Source: Squalus acanthias
Taxonomy: Eukaryota
Assembly (NCBI GenBank): GCA_030390025.1
Contig: CM059425.1
Location: 166,224,001-166,288,000 of the forward strand
Direction: 5' to 3'
DNA length: 64,000 nucleotides
Shown in pieces: positions 1 through 11,113 of the stretch. Position 1 is the first letter of the stretch, and every line of letters starts with the position of its first letter. A model generated the notes under the pieces. It did no database searches, was not told where the DNA came from, and worked only from the letters and a program-made list of their open reading frames with translations. Made by a program: the position numbers and the translations under genes.

Positions 1-174
1 GTCTCAACAGTAGCCAGAAGCTGGGAGCCACACTAGCTACCCTAATACTTATTTATGCAAGTTTCTATAGCTTTGAAATAAAACCCTATAACATCAGTCA
101 GTTGTAATGGCTAGTCAATGACAAGCATCTGGGTTAATTAAACAATGAGATTGTAGGGGGCCTTGTCCATGATT

Positions 175-440
175 CTATTATCTTTCACATAACGGGGTGC
201 CCAGGACTGCATACAATACTCGTACTGTGGTTTAATCAATGCCTTGTACCAATTCAACACCACATCCTTGCTTTAATGTTCAAAGTCTCTGTATAAAACT
301 CGGAACCCCAGTTGGCCTTATTTACCTCCACTGCCACTTTTAAAGATTTATGTTTTTACACCCTCAGATCTCTCTTTTCCTCCACTTGATTAAGATTCTT
401 ACCATTTAGGGCATACTTCCTTTCACTATTCTTTTTCCCA
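175..440 (-). mobile_element. Old CR1 LINE ORF2 fragment
   Basis: Reverse complement reads like the CR1 RPHLEYCVQFWSPY region (PQYEYCMQSWAPRY); boundaries approximate. Confidence 0.6.
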
Positions 441-522
441 AAATGGATTGCTGGCTGGCTTCAGGACAGAAAGCAGACAGCAGGAGTAAAGGATAGCTGG
501 GTCACTTATTACTTGGAGGGTG

Positions 523-2130
523 ATTCATTAACTCATTTCTCTTATCTGGAAGGAGGAGAGCATGCCAGAGGATCTCAGAGACGCCGTAATTGTGACCATC
601 TTCAAGAAAGGTGACAAGTCCGATTGCGGTAATTACAGAGGAGTTTCCCACAGGGAAAGTCATCGCAAGAATCCTCCTCAATCGCCTTCTCCCAGTGGCC
701 GAAGAGCTCCTCCCAGAGTCGCAATGCGGATTCCGCCCACTAAGGGGCATAATGGACATGATCTTCACCGCACGTCAATTACAAGAGAAATGCAGGGAAC
801 AGCACCAACCGCTGTACATGGCCTTCTTTGATCTCACAAAGGCCTTCGACACTGTCAACCGTGAGGGATTATGGAATGTCCTCCTCAAATTCAGCTGCCC
901 TCAAAAGTTTGTCACCATCCTCCGCCTGCTTCACGACGACATGCAAGCCGTGATCCTGACCAACGGATCCACCACAGACCCAATTCACGTACGGACCGGG
1001 GTCAAGCAAGGCTGTGTCATCGCACCAATGCTCTTCTCGATCTTCCTTGCTGCAATGCTCCATCTCACCCTCAGTAAGCTCCCCACTGGAGTGGAGCTAA
1101 TTTACAGAACAAACGGGAAACTGTTCAACCTCCGTCGCCTCCAGTCCAGATCCAAGGTCGTTCCATCCTCTGTTGTCGAATTACAGTATGCAGACGACGC
1201 TTGCGTCTGTGCTCACTCGGAGGTCGAACTCCAAACCATTGTCAACACCTTCACCGAAGCGTACGAGAGCATGGGCCTTACACTAAACATCCATAAGACA
1301 AAGGTCCTCTACCAACCTGCCCCCGCCACACTGTACTGCCCCTGATTATCAAAATCCACGACAAGGCCTTGGACAACGTGGACCACTTTCCATACCTCGG
1401 GAGCCTACTGTCAACAAAGGCAGACGTCGATGATGAAGTCCAACACCGCCTTCAGTGTGCCAGTGCAGCCTTTGGTCGCCTGAGGAAGAGAGTGTTTGAA
1501 GACCAGGTCCTCAAACCCGGCACTAAGCTCATGGTCTACAGAGCAGCAGTTATACCCGCCCTCCTGTATGCCTCAGAGACATGGACCATGTACAGCAGGC
1601 ACCTCAAAGCACTGGAGAGGTACCACCAACGCTGCCTCCGCAAGATCCTGCAAATCCATTGGCAGGATAGGCGCACCAACGTCAGTGTTCTCGCTCAGGC
1701 CAACATCCCCAGCATCGAAGCTTTGACCACGCTCGATCAGCTCCGATGGATGGGCCACATCGTCCGCATGCCCGATACGAGACTCCCGAAACAAGCGCTC
1801 TACTCAGAGCTCTGGCACGGCAAGAGAGCCCCAGGTGGGCAGAGGAAACGCTTCAAGGACACCCTCAAAGCCTTCTTGAAAAAGTGTAACATCCCCACCG
1901 AATGGGGATGGCCAAGACTGCACAAAGTGGAGGAGAAGCATCGGGAAGGCGCCGAACACCTCGAGTCTCTTCGCCGGGAGCAAGCGGAAGCCAAGCGCAG
2001 GCAGCGCAAGGAGCGCACGTCAACCCAAGCACCCCGCCCACCCGCCCCTTCAACCACCGTCTGCCCCACCTGTGACAGAGACTGTAGGTCCCGCATTGGA
2101 CTCATCAGTCACCTGCAAACTCATTTTTAA
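523..2130 (+). pseudogene. RTE reverse transcriptase, frameshifted (ORF pieces 562-, 611-1345, 1369-2130)
   Basis: Consecutive ORF-track pieces with frame changes near 650 and 1345 give one continuous RTE RT/C-terminal protein. Confidence 0.88.
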
Positions 2131-2179
2131 TGTGGAAGCAAGTCATCTTCGGTTCCGAGGGACTGCCTAAGAAGAAGAA
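523..2179 (+). mobile_element. 5'-truncated RTE (BovB-like) LINE inserted into a CR1
   Basis: RT motifs GNYRG, LLPESQCGFR, FDLTKAFD, GVKQGCVIAP, YADD; C-terminal C2H2 finger CPTC..H...H; (GAA)n tail at 2168-2179; 8-bp TSD GGAGGGTG at 515-522 and 2180-2187. Confidence 0.93.
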
Positions 2180-2281
2180 GGAGGGTGCGAGTCTAGGTGG
2201 GGTAGAGGAACAAAGGGATCTCGGAGTACAAATACACATCACTAAAAGTTGCGACACAGGTTAGCAAGGCCATAAAAAAAG

Positions 2282-2529
2282 CAAAAATGAGAAGTCGCAC
2301 AACACCAGGTTATAGTCCAACAGTTTTATTTGAAATTACGAGCTTTCGGAGCTCTGCGTCTATATGTGCTGTGTAATCGATTTGTATTCCCTCACTGTAC
2401 CTGTACCTGAGGAAGGAGCAGAGCTCCGAAAGCTCGTAATTTCAAATAAAACTGTTGGACTATAACCTGGTGTTGTGCGACTTCTCATTTTTGTCCACCC
2501 CAGTCCAACACCGGCATCTCCGCATCATG
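2282..2529 (+). mobile_element. Short fold-back Penelope-like element derivative (pLTR end plus inverted copy)
   Basis: 2282-2357 is the reverse complement of 2418-2493; 36-nt tail 2494-2529 matches the end of the large Penelope element; 14-bp target duplication at 2272-2285 / 2530-2543 (1 mismatch). Confidence 0.9.
2404..2438 (+). ncRNA. Minimal type I hammerhead ribozyme motif (Penelope pLTR)
   Basis: UAC-CUGAGGA-A-GGAGC(AGA)GCUCC-GAAA-GC-UC/GUA: conserved core, 5-bp stem II, palindromic AGCU helix III, 3-bp stem I. Confidence 0.8.
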
Positions 2530-3655
2530 ATAAAAAGAGCAAACCAAGCACTAGGGTTTATTTCTAGAGGTATAGAATTGAAAAGTAGGGAAGTTATACT
2601 AAACCTGTATCGAACCTTGGTTAGACCACACAGAGTACTGCTTACAGTTCTGGTCGCCATATTATAAAAAGGATATAGAGGCACTGGAGAGGGTGTAGAG
2701 AAGATTTACAAGGATGATACCAGAAATACGAGGGTATACATATCAGGAAAGGATGAACAGGCTGGGTCTCTTCTCTCTTGATAAAAGAAGGCTGAGGGGT
2801 GACCTAATAGAGGTCTTTAATATTATGAAAAATTTTGATGGAGTGGATACAGAGAAAATGTTTCCATTTGTGGGGAAGAGCATAACTAGAGGCCATCAAT
2901 ATAAGATAGTCACCAAGAAATCCAATAGGGAATTCAGAAGAAACTTCTTTACCCAAAGAGTGGTGAGAATATGGAACTCGCTACCACAGGGAGTGGTTGA
3001 AGCGAATAGTATAGATGCATTTAAGGGGAGGCTAGACAAGCATGTGAGGGAAAAGGGAATAGAGGGTTATGCTGATAGATTTAGATGAGGTAAGATGGGA
3101 GGAGGCTCGAGTGGAGCATAAGTGCCGGCATGGACTGGTTGGGCCGAATGGCCTGTTGCTGTGCCATATATCCTATGTAATCTTATGTAATCCTATGCCA
3201 CTTCTCTGCTCACTCTGCTAAGCTATCGCTGTTCTCCTGCAATCTCTCGCATTTTTTCCTCGGCTCATAATTTGCTATTATCTGCAAACCTTAATATCAC
3301 TCCGCTTTTGCCTATATCCAAATCATTTATAAAAATGGAAACCAAACTGATCTCAGCACAGGCCTCTGGGGCATACCACTAAAATCATTCCGCCAAACCA
3401 AAAAACATTCATTTACCTTGACTCTTTGCTTATTATTCACCTCCACTAATCACTCACTCAAGAACAAGACAGCCTTTCTCAGCTGTAAGTGGTCCCACCC
3501 TTTCTTTGACTATCCTTTTACTTTTTATGTGCCTATAAATGTCCTCGCTGTTTTGCTTTATGTTCATGATGCGGAGATGCCGGTGTTGGACTGGGGTGGA
3601 CAAAAATGAGAAGTCGCACAACACCAGGTTATAGTCCAACAGTTTTATTTAAAAT

Positions 3656-3690
3656 TACGAGCTTTCGGAGCTCCGCTCCTTCTTCAGGTA
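3656..3690 (-). ncRNA. Minimal hammerhead ribozyme motif in the 3' pLTR
   Basis: Minus strand UAC-CUGAAGA-A-GGAGC(GGA)GCUCC-GAAA-GC-UC/GUA, about 220 nt downstream of the ORF stop and just upstream of AAUAAA. Confidence 0.8.
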
Positions 3691-3909
3691 CAAGTACAGT
3701 GAGGGAATCGATTACACAGTATATATACACAGAGAACAATTTGTCTGCAGAGATACAATCTGTTAGGGAGGCATTACATCAAAGACACATCAGAGTACAG
3801 CTAAGACAATGAGGTGGGTCACAGGGGGTCCAACGTGTCAAATGCTGCCGTCTGCAGTTAAGCTTTTAACTTCTTTTTTTAAACTGGAAAAACAGACAAC
3901 GATGTCGAG

Positions 3910-5551
3910 TCACATTCTGTAGCGTGACATGAACCCGAGATCCCTGTTGAGGCCGTCCTCATGGGTGCGGAACTTGGCTATCAGTTTCTGCTCGATGATT
4001 TTGCGTTGTCGTGTGTCTCGAAGGCCGCCTTGGAGAACGCTAACCCGCAGATCCGAGGCGGAATGTCCTTGACTGCTGAAGTGTTCCCCGACTGGGAGGT
4101 AACAATTCTGCCTGGCAATTGTTGCGCGGTGTCCGTTCATACGTTGTCTCAGTGTCTGCATGGTCTCGCTGATGTACCATGCCGCGGTGCATTCTTTCCT
4201 GCAACGTATGAGGTAGACAACGTTGGCCGAGTCACATGAGTATGTACCATGTACCTGGTGGGTAGTGTCCTCACGTGTAATGATGGTATCTGTGTTGATG
4301 ATCTGGCATGTCTTGCAGAGGTTGCCATGGCAGGGTTGTGTGGTGTCATGGTCGCTGTTCTCCTGACAGCTGGGTAATTTGCTGCGAACGATGGTACTTT
4401 TGAGGTTAGGCGGCTGCTTGAAGGTGAGTAGTGGAGGCATGGGGATGGCCTTAGCAAGGTGTTCGTCACCATCGATGACATGTTGAAGGCTGCGAAGAAC
4501 ATGGCGTAGTTTCTCCGCTCCGGGGAAGTACTGGACGACGTTGGGTACTCTGTTGGTTGTGTACCGTGTTCGCCTTCTGAGGAGGTCTATGTGGTTTTTC
4601 GCTGTGGCCCGTCGGAACTGTCGATCGATGAGTCGAGCGTCATATCCCGTTCTTACGAGGGCGTCTTTCAGCGTCCATAGGTGTCCATCGCGTTCCTCCT
4701 CGTCTGAGCAGATCCTGTGTATTCGCAAGGCTTGTCCATAGGGGATGGCTTCTTTAATGTGGTTAGGGTGGAAGCTGGAGAAGTGGAGCATCGTGAGGTT
4801 GTCCGTGGGCTTGCGGTAGAGTGAAGTGCTGAGGTGTCCGTCTTTGATAGAGATTCGTGTGTCCAAGAATGAAACCGATTCTGAGGAGTAGTCCATGGTG
4901 AGTTTAATGGTGGGATGGAACCTGTTGATGTTATCGTGTAGTCCTTTCAGTGATCCTTCGCCGTGGGTCCAAAGGAAGAAGATGTCGTCGATGTATCTGG
5001 TGTACAGCGTTGGTTGGAGGTCCTGTGCAGCGAAGAAGTCTTGCTCGAACTTGTGCATGAAGATGTTGGCGTATTGGGGTGCGAATTTGGTCCCCATGGC
5101 TGTTCCGTGTGTTTGGGTAAAAAACTGGTCGTCGAAGGTGAAGACATTGTGGTCAAGGATGAAGCGGATGAGTTGTAGGATGGCGTCTGGAGATTGGCTG
5201 TTGTTGGTGTTGAGTACTGAGGCTGTCGCAGCGATGCTGTCATCGTGGGGGATACTGGTGTAGAGTGCCGATACATCCATTGTGGCGAGGAGTGTTCCTG
5301 GTTCAACTGGTCCATGGGTGCTGAGTTTCTGCAAGAAGTCTGTAGTGTCGCGACAGAAGCTGGGGGTTCCCTGTACGATGGGTTTCAGGATGCCCTCGAC
5401 GTACCCAGAGAGGTTCTCACACAGGGTTCCGTTGCCTGATACGATAGGACGTCCGGGTGTGTTGGCTTTGTGTATCTTTGGGAGGCAGTAGAAGTCTCCT
5501 ACGCGGGGAGTACGTGGGATGAGAACGCGTAGGATGCTTTGAAGGTCTGGA
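3910..5551 (-). CDS. Penelope-like reverse transcriptase + GIY-YIG endonuclease (5'-truncated, frame open)
   Basis: FYCLPKIHK, GRPIVS, DVSALYTSIP, GTAMG, RYIDDIF, YRKPT; Cys-rich linker CHGNLCKTC; NVVYLIRC...YISET (YIG changed to YIS). The first ~43 aa of the 589-aa track ORF are antisense pLTR, not real protein. Confidence 0.9.
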
Positions 5552-5917
5552 TCGGATCTGCGGGTTAGCGTTCTCCAAGGCGGCCTTCGAGACACACGAC
5601 AACACAAAATCATCGAGCAGAAACTGATAGCCAAGTTCCGCACCCATGAGGACGGCCTCAACAGGGATCTCGGGTTCATGTCACGCTACAGAACGTGACT
5701 CGACATCGTTGTCTGTTTTTCCAGTTTAAAAAAAGAAGTTAAAAGCTTAACTGCAGACGGCAGCATTTGACACGTTGGACCCCCTGTGACCCACCTCATT
5801 GTCTTAGCTGTACTCTGATGTGTCTTTGATGTAATGCCTCCCTAACAGATTGTATCTCTGCAGACAAATTGTTCTCTGTGTATATATACTGTGTAGTCGA
5901 TTCCCTCACTGTACTTG

Positions 5918-5952
5918 TACCTGAAGAAGGAGCGGAGCTCCGAAAGCTCGTA
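5918..5952 (+). ncRNA. Minimal hammerhead ribozyme motif in the inverted pLTR
   Basis: Same motif as 3656-3690, on the opposite strand. Confidence 0.8.
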
Positions 5953-6372
5953 ATTTTAAATAAAACTGTTGGACTATAACCTGGTGTTGTGCGACTTCTC
6001 ATTTTTGCTTTATGTTGACAGTCAGTTTTGTTTCATTTCCCTCTTAATATTCCGAATCTAATTTTTTGTTTCCTTTCTATATAGCTCTTATAATTCTTAT
6101 ACTTTTCTTCTACATTATCCACCCGATATTTATTATATGCCTCATTTTCAATCTTTTTGCTCTAACCTCTTTATTTATCCATGCCCAGCCTTTGATGTAC
6201 CCCCTTTGTCCCAAATTGGAATGTATTTAACCTGAACCTTATCCCTCTGGTATGTAAATATTTCCTACTGCTGGTCTGCTGTTTGATTTGCGATGTTTTT
6301 GAACCAACTAAAAAAAAGCTAAATTCCAGTTTAACACTTTTATGTTTGCTTTATCTTTTTCATCATCACTTT

Positions 6373-6683
6373 TGGAGAGACTAGAGAAGCTGATATTGTT
6401 CTCCTTCGAGCAGAGAAGGTTGAGGGGAAATTTAATAGAGGTGTTCAAAATTATGAAGGGTTTTGATAGAATAAGTAAGGAGAACCTGTTTCCACTGACA
6501 GGAGGGTCAGTAACCAGAGGATTCAGATTTAAGGACATTGTCAAAAGAACCAGTGGGGAGTAGAGGAGAATTTTTGTTTTTATGCAGCGAGTTGTTGTGA
6601 TCTGGAATGCATTGCTTGAAAGGGTACTGGAAGCAGGTACAATATTAACTTTCAAAAGGGAATTGAGTAAATACTTGAAAAGT
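6373..6683 (+). mobile_element. CR1 LINE 3' fragment
   Basis: RRLRGNLIEVFKIMKGFDR. Confidence 0.8.
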
Positions 6684-7249
6684 CTATGGGGACTGACTAT
6701 GTGCTTTTATTTTAAGCAATCTGCGCTGACTTATATGTTGGCAATGTTTTAACTTTGAATATATTTAACTCTTAAAATAAAGGAGATCTTGAATGTGTAT
6801 GGGTCACTATAGGACAGTAAAGAGACTGAACAGTTGAATTACCAGTGGCACATGTAACTCCATATGCCCTTGCAAGTTTAAAGCAATTAAGCAGGTGTCC
6901 GGATAGGAAATTGTATGCGTTAACATTTGGGGCTAAAAATTGGACATGGCCACAAAACGGGCGGTGTCATGGTCCAATGATGTTAAGCTGTGCCACGTCA
7001 AAATGGTCTAGGTAGCACACAAAATTCGTGCTCAGTCCTCATTAACATGATTATAGTCTTGATCTCAGCGCTAAAACCACTGCTCATTGGCTTACCGCTC
7101 AACAGGTGGGCCAATAGCGGGTCCAGTCTAATTCCCAGTCATGTGTGGCACAGGCTTTATTCAGTACTTAAAGGAGACGTGCATTGATGCTGCAGCACCT
7201 CATTGTCAATCCAGTTCCAACTCCACCTGGAAGGAAACGTTACTGGACC

Positions 7250-9772
7250 CAGTTGGCTGAGTCTCAGCACAGGGAGAAAGCCTGAAGATTCTCAGATGCG
7301 GCTCTTGAGGCACTGGTGGTGGCCGTGGAGAGGAGGCGGGCTGTCCTCTTCCCGCAGACTGGCAGGAAGCCCTCGCCTCATACATCTCAAAGGCTCTGGC
7401 AAGAAATAGCCGGCTAAGTGACGGCCAGCACTGTGGTCCCCAGGTCGGCCATCCAGTGCCACAAGAAGTTTAATGACCTCACACGGCAGGTCAAGGCGAG
7501 TGAAGGCTTCAGCAAATTCCATATCCCACCATCTGCACCACAAGCCTCACACACTGCTCAATGCACCACACCCCCATCACTCACCTACCAACAATCTCTT
7601 ACCACTGCTGCAACACTCACACCCACATCTCACACCTTGCACACGCTGACAGCTATGGCAGGCATATCACCCAAACACAATGCTCCACACTCACTACAGT
7701 ACCACACACACTCACGCACTTCCCTTTCTCTTGCAGGCCAAGGTTGCACATAACAGGAGGGAGCAGCGGCAAGTTGCCATGCAGAACCTCAGCCAACTGG
7801 AGGAGCACGTGCTGGAGATCATTGGGTCGCAGATCATGAAGGCCGTGGCAACCGGCGAGGTTGAAGCCCTTGGGGACAACAACGGTACGCTCATTCCTAA
7901 TCCTTCTTCTCACATCCCACTTCGCCCTCATCCCACAATCTCTTCTCACTTTCAAGCTGTTGGTGCTGTATGCATGGATATCTTGCTTTCCCCCACCACC
8001 CCTCACCATAACCCGATTCTTGTGCCTTTCGGCTTTCAGTTAATCGAGAACAAGCACCAGACCAGCCTGTCCCCGAGACAATGGAGGAGAGCGAGGGGGA
8101 GAAGAGGAAGACACAGGCTGCGAAATTCAGCGCCTTTGCACCTGCCGTTAGCGCCCCCCGGAGGTGCTAACGGGGCTCCTCCCAAGAAATGATGCCATCG
8201 CAGTATGCTGCGACCCCTTAGCGCCCCACCGTGACCCCTTACCACCCCACAGTAGAAATTCGGCTGCGCCCCGCGAGGCTGCCACGGGCGGTGTCAGCGC
8301 CAGCCACGTGGGTCACGATCTGGGCCGACCTCCGCTCACGGGGCGTTAATTAAAGGGAGGTGCAGCCGCGACCCGCGCCGCCATTTTATTTTTTTTGGCC
8401 GACCTCCAGGTCAGCCCTCCATGGCGGCCCTTGGCGTGGTCCTTGGCCGCCATCGCGCGCCCGGCACCATGTCTTGGTGCCGGGCTGCAGCCATGGCACC
8501 AGGCCACCCTGGCGGGCTTGTGTGGGTCATCGGAGGCCCTGCAGAGTTCACAGTGTCCCTCCCCTTTAACGGAAGGGGAGGGGCGCTGAAATGCATCAGT
8601 GCTATGCAGCGTGGCTGCGTAGCGAACCGGCGCTAAAGCGCTTTGTGCCCCCGAGAGGAATTGGAGCACCCTGAGATAGCGCTTCGCTTCCTCACGGGGT
8701 GATAAGCTGATTTTAGTGGCCGGGGCGGTACTTCCACACTGGGCGTTAAATCTCCGGTGATAATTCAGTTACCGCCCCCAAACAGGGCGTAACCGAATTT
8801 CGCCCCCACAGTGTCACTGCATCTGTCACTCGCAGAGACCAGCTCAGAAACTGGCACTACGCGAACTTTAGGGGCTAGTGTAGAAACGGGATCTGCACAG
8901 GGTGAGACACCGGGCACAAGTGGGCCGCAGCAAGGCCAGGGGGAAAGGGTAGCTCGGGGGAAAGGGTAGCACCCCAGAGAGCGAGTTTGTGCGCGAGTTC
9001 TGCTGCACAAGACTCAGATAATGACCTCGATGGGGTGCCCATCAGCAGAAGGGTGATGGGCATGCACACCGAGTTGCTGGGTCCAATGGCAAGCCTGCCA
9101 GAGAGCCTCTTGGCAATGACAAGGAGCATGGAGGAGTCCGCCTCCAACATTGCACGGGGCTTTGCGCAGAGCTTGGAGCCCAGGATTTCCAGGCTGGAAA
9201 TGATGGAAAACTCCCGAAGAGACTGTGTCAACCCAGACATGCTTCTGCCTGTGATGGGCAATGTCATGGCTGCCATTGCAGCACTGGCGGAAGTGAACCA
9301 ATGTCTTAGTGCTGCATGTAGGCTCAACTCGATGCCACCCAAGCTCAGACTGCTGCCACCGTGGTTGGGTTTACCACTGTCAACCGGAGCTTGAAGGGTG
9401 TTGCAGCAGCCCAGTAATCTGCTACAACAGATTGCTCGGAATACTGAGGCGCCGCCCCAGGGGAGTGGCAGTGGGTCAGTGGAGCAGGACCCTGCTGTCC
9501 TCTCTCAGGATGTCAGCATTACTGTTCCCACCACTGCCACTCTGCCATTGCCCTTGCTGCTGCCCGTCAGCCAGCCAGCCCAGATTGCTGCCGCCCATAC
9601 CGAAGTGGTGCAGTCTACAGCTGGGCCTTCTAGGCCAGAGCTGCTTGAGGTCATCCTGCAAGGCCATCTGAAGTCTCCCACGTGGAAAATCAGCAGCCTT
9701 CCACCAGTCATGCTGCAGCCACTGGGGGAGCACTTCGTAGGAGCACTAGATCAGGAAAGGGCACAAGGGTGA
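7250..9772 (+). pseudogene. Harbinger Myb/SANT-like (MSANTD-type) gene, spliced and disrupted
   Basis: RSAIQCHKKFNDL helix; apparent exons ending 7495, 7737-7884 (ttgcag/gtacgc) and starting 8040; interrupted by a MITE. Confidence 0.65.
8116..8807. mobile_element. Non-autonomous Harbinger element/MITE nested in the Myb-like gene
   Basis: 13-bp TIR GGCTGCGAAATTC / GAATTTCGCCCCC (2 mismatches); 3-bp TSD ACA; GC-rich. Confidence 0.85.
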
Positions 9773-9939
9773 TTAGTTGATATCTAATTGTTTTTTGTTA
9801 AATGTATTAATTTTGTTTGGAATCTTTTGTGGAGGCTCTCATTTCAGCTTTGTGCCCAGGAGGATGCGGTGATATTCCATGACAGAGGGATGGTATGATG
9901 GGGATGAGGTGAGCAACGGGGATCTGGGGTTTCATTCAT

Positions 9940-11052
9940 TGAAATCGGAGTCTGGTGAGGTGTTCACGGACAGCCCGTTCGGAAGGGGGATTGGCTGCCT
10001 CCCTCCTCCCTTCCTCCTCGTCTCCCTACTCCTCCTCCTCTTCCTGAGGTGGTCCTGCAATCCCTGCTGGCAAAGGCTGGGCCCTCATGATGGCCAAGTT
10101 GTGGAGGATGCAGCAGACCACCACGAAATGGGACACCCGCTCCGGCGAGTACTGGAGGGCTCCTCCTGAGCGGTGAAGGCAGTGGTTTAGGCAGCGGAGC
10201 CGATGCTTCAGCCGCCCGATGGTCTGCTCGATAATGTTACTGGTGGAAACATGGCCCTCATTGTGTGCTGGGCGCAAGTGCTGGGGTCGCGGAGCAGCGC
10301 GGATAGCCCTTGTCTCCGAGCAGCCACCCTCGAGTTTCATGTGGTGGCTGGAAGATTGCTGGCACAACTGGACTGACGCAGGATGAAGGCATCACGACTA
10401 CTGCCAGGATAGCAGGCATTGACCATCAGGAAGCGCTGGGTGTGGTCGAACACCAACTGCACATTAAGTGAGTGGTAGCCTTTGCGGTTATGGAAGATCT
10501 CAGGATTGTTATGCTGTGCCTGCAAAGCCACGTGGGTGCAGTTGGTGGTGCCCTGCACCATGGGGAAGCCCGCTATCCTGGCAAAGCCACATGCTCCTGC
10601 TTCTCTCTGCTCAGAGAGAAGACAATGTAATCCCCCTCTCCTGGAGTAGAGCGCCTCAGTGACCTCCTGGATGCAGTGATTGACGTTAGCTATGTTTCCT
10701 ACTACAGACTGGAAGGATCTGCTGGTGAAGAAATTGAGGGCCACGGTGACCTTGATTGCCACTGGGAGAGCTGTGGTTGCCTTCTCTCAGGCTGCATGAG
10801 GTGGCAGAGTTCTGTGACCACCTCCTTGGTGAAGCTGAGTCTTCGAATACACTGCTCCTCGCTTAAGTGGATATAAGAGAAGTGCTCTCGGAAGACCCCA
10901 TGTGAGTAAGGCCACCTGTTGAGAGCCCTTCTGGCCCTCCTCCTCCTCCCTCTGTGCGCATCCTCTCCTCTTCTTTGCTGCCTCTGCTCCCTCTCCCTAA
11001 GATACTCGAGCGTGAGGGGGGCGACCAGTAGAGCCCCCATGACTGTGCGCAA
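9940..11052 (-). pseudogene. Harbinger (HARBI1-like, DDE_Tnp_4-type) transposase, frameshifted
   Basis: KVTVALNFF, GFPMVQG..CTHV, NRKGYHSLNVQLV, YPGSS.DAFIL, IEQTIG.LK.R.RCL, CCILHN. Confidence 0.88.
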
Positions 11053-11113
11053 GTGTTGTGAGCAGAAGCCTTTAAATAAGAATGAAGATGTTCTCCACTT
11101 GTAACAACACTCC

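Larger units (their letters stand above)
499..3197 (+). mobile_element. CR1 LINE 3' fragment, split by the RTE (523-2179) and a Penelope fold-back derivative (2282-2529)
   Basis: Removing both inserts restores the sequence seen intact at about 25861-26000; motifs RRLRGDLIEVF and FFTQRVVRIWNSLP; (ATCCTATGTA)n tail. Confidence 0.9.
3565..6007 (-). mobile_element. Penelope-like retroelement (Neptune-type), 5'-truncated, with inverted pLTR
   Basis: RT + GIY-YIG ORF; 456-bp inverted repeat 3601-4056 / 5552-6007 (3 mismatches seen); 36-nt tail 3565-3600; duplication TTTTGCTTTATGTT at 3551-3564 and 6003-6016. Confidence 0.95.
6929..11113. mobile_element. Decayed two-gene PIF/Harbinger DNA transposon
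   Basis: TIR-like left end GGGGCTAAAAATTGG; Myb/SANT-like gene on + and DDE transposase on -, convergent; right TIR not found. Confidence 0.8.

Noticed and set aside
5552..5679. N-terminus of the 589-aa ORF as a real start
   Set aside because: It is the antisense read-through of the inverted pLTR; the element is 5'-truncated
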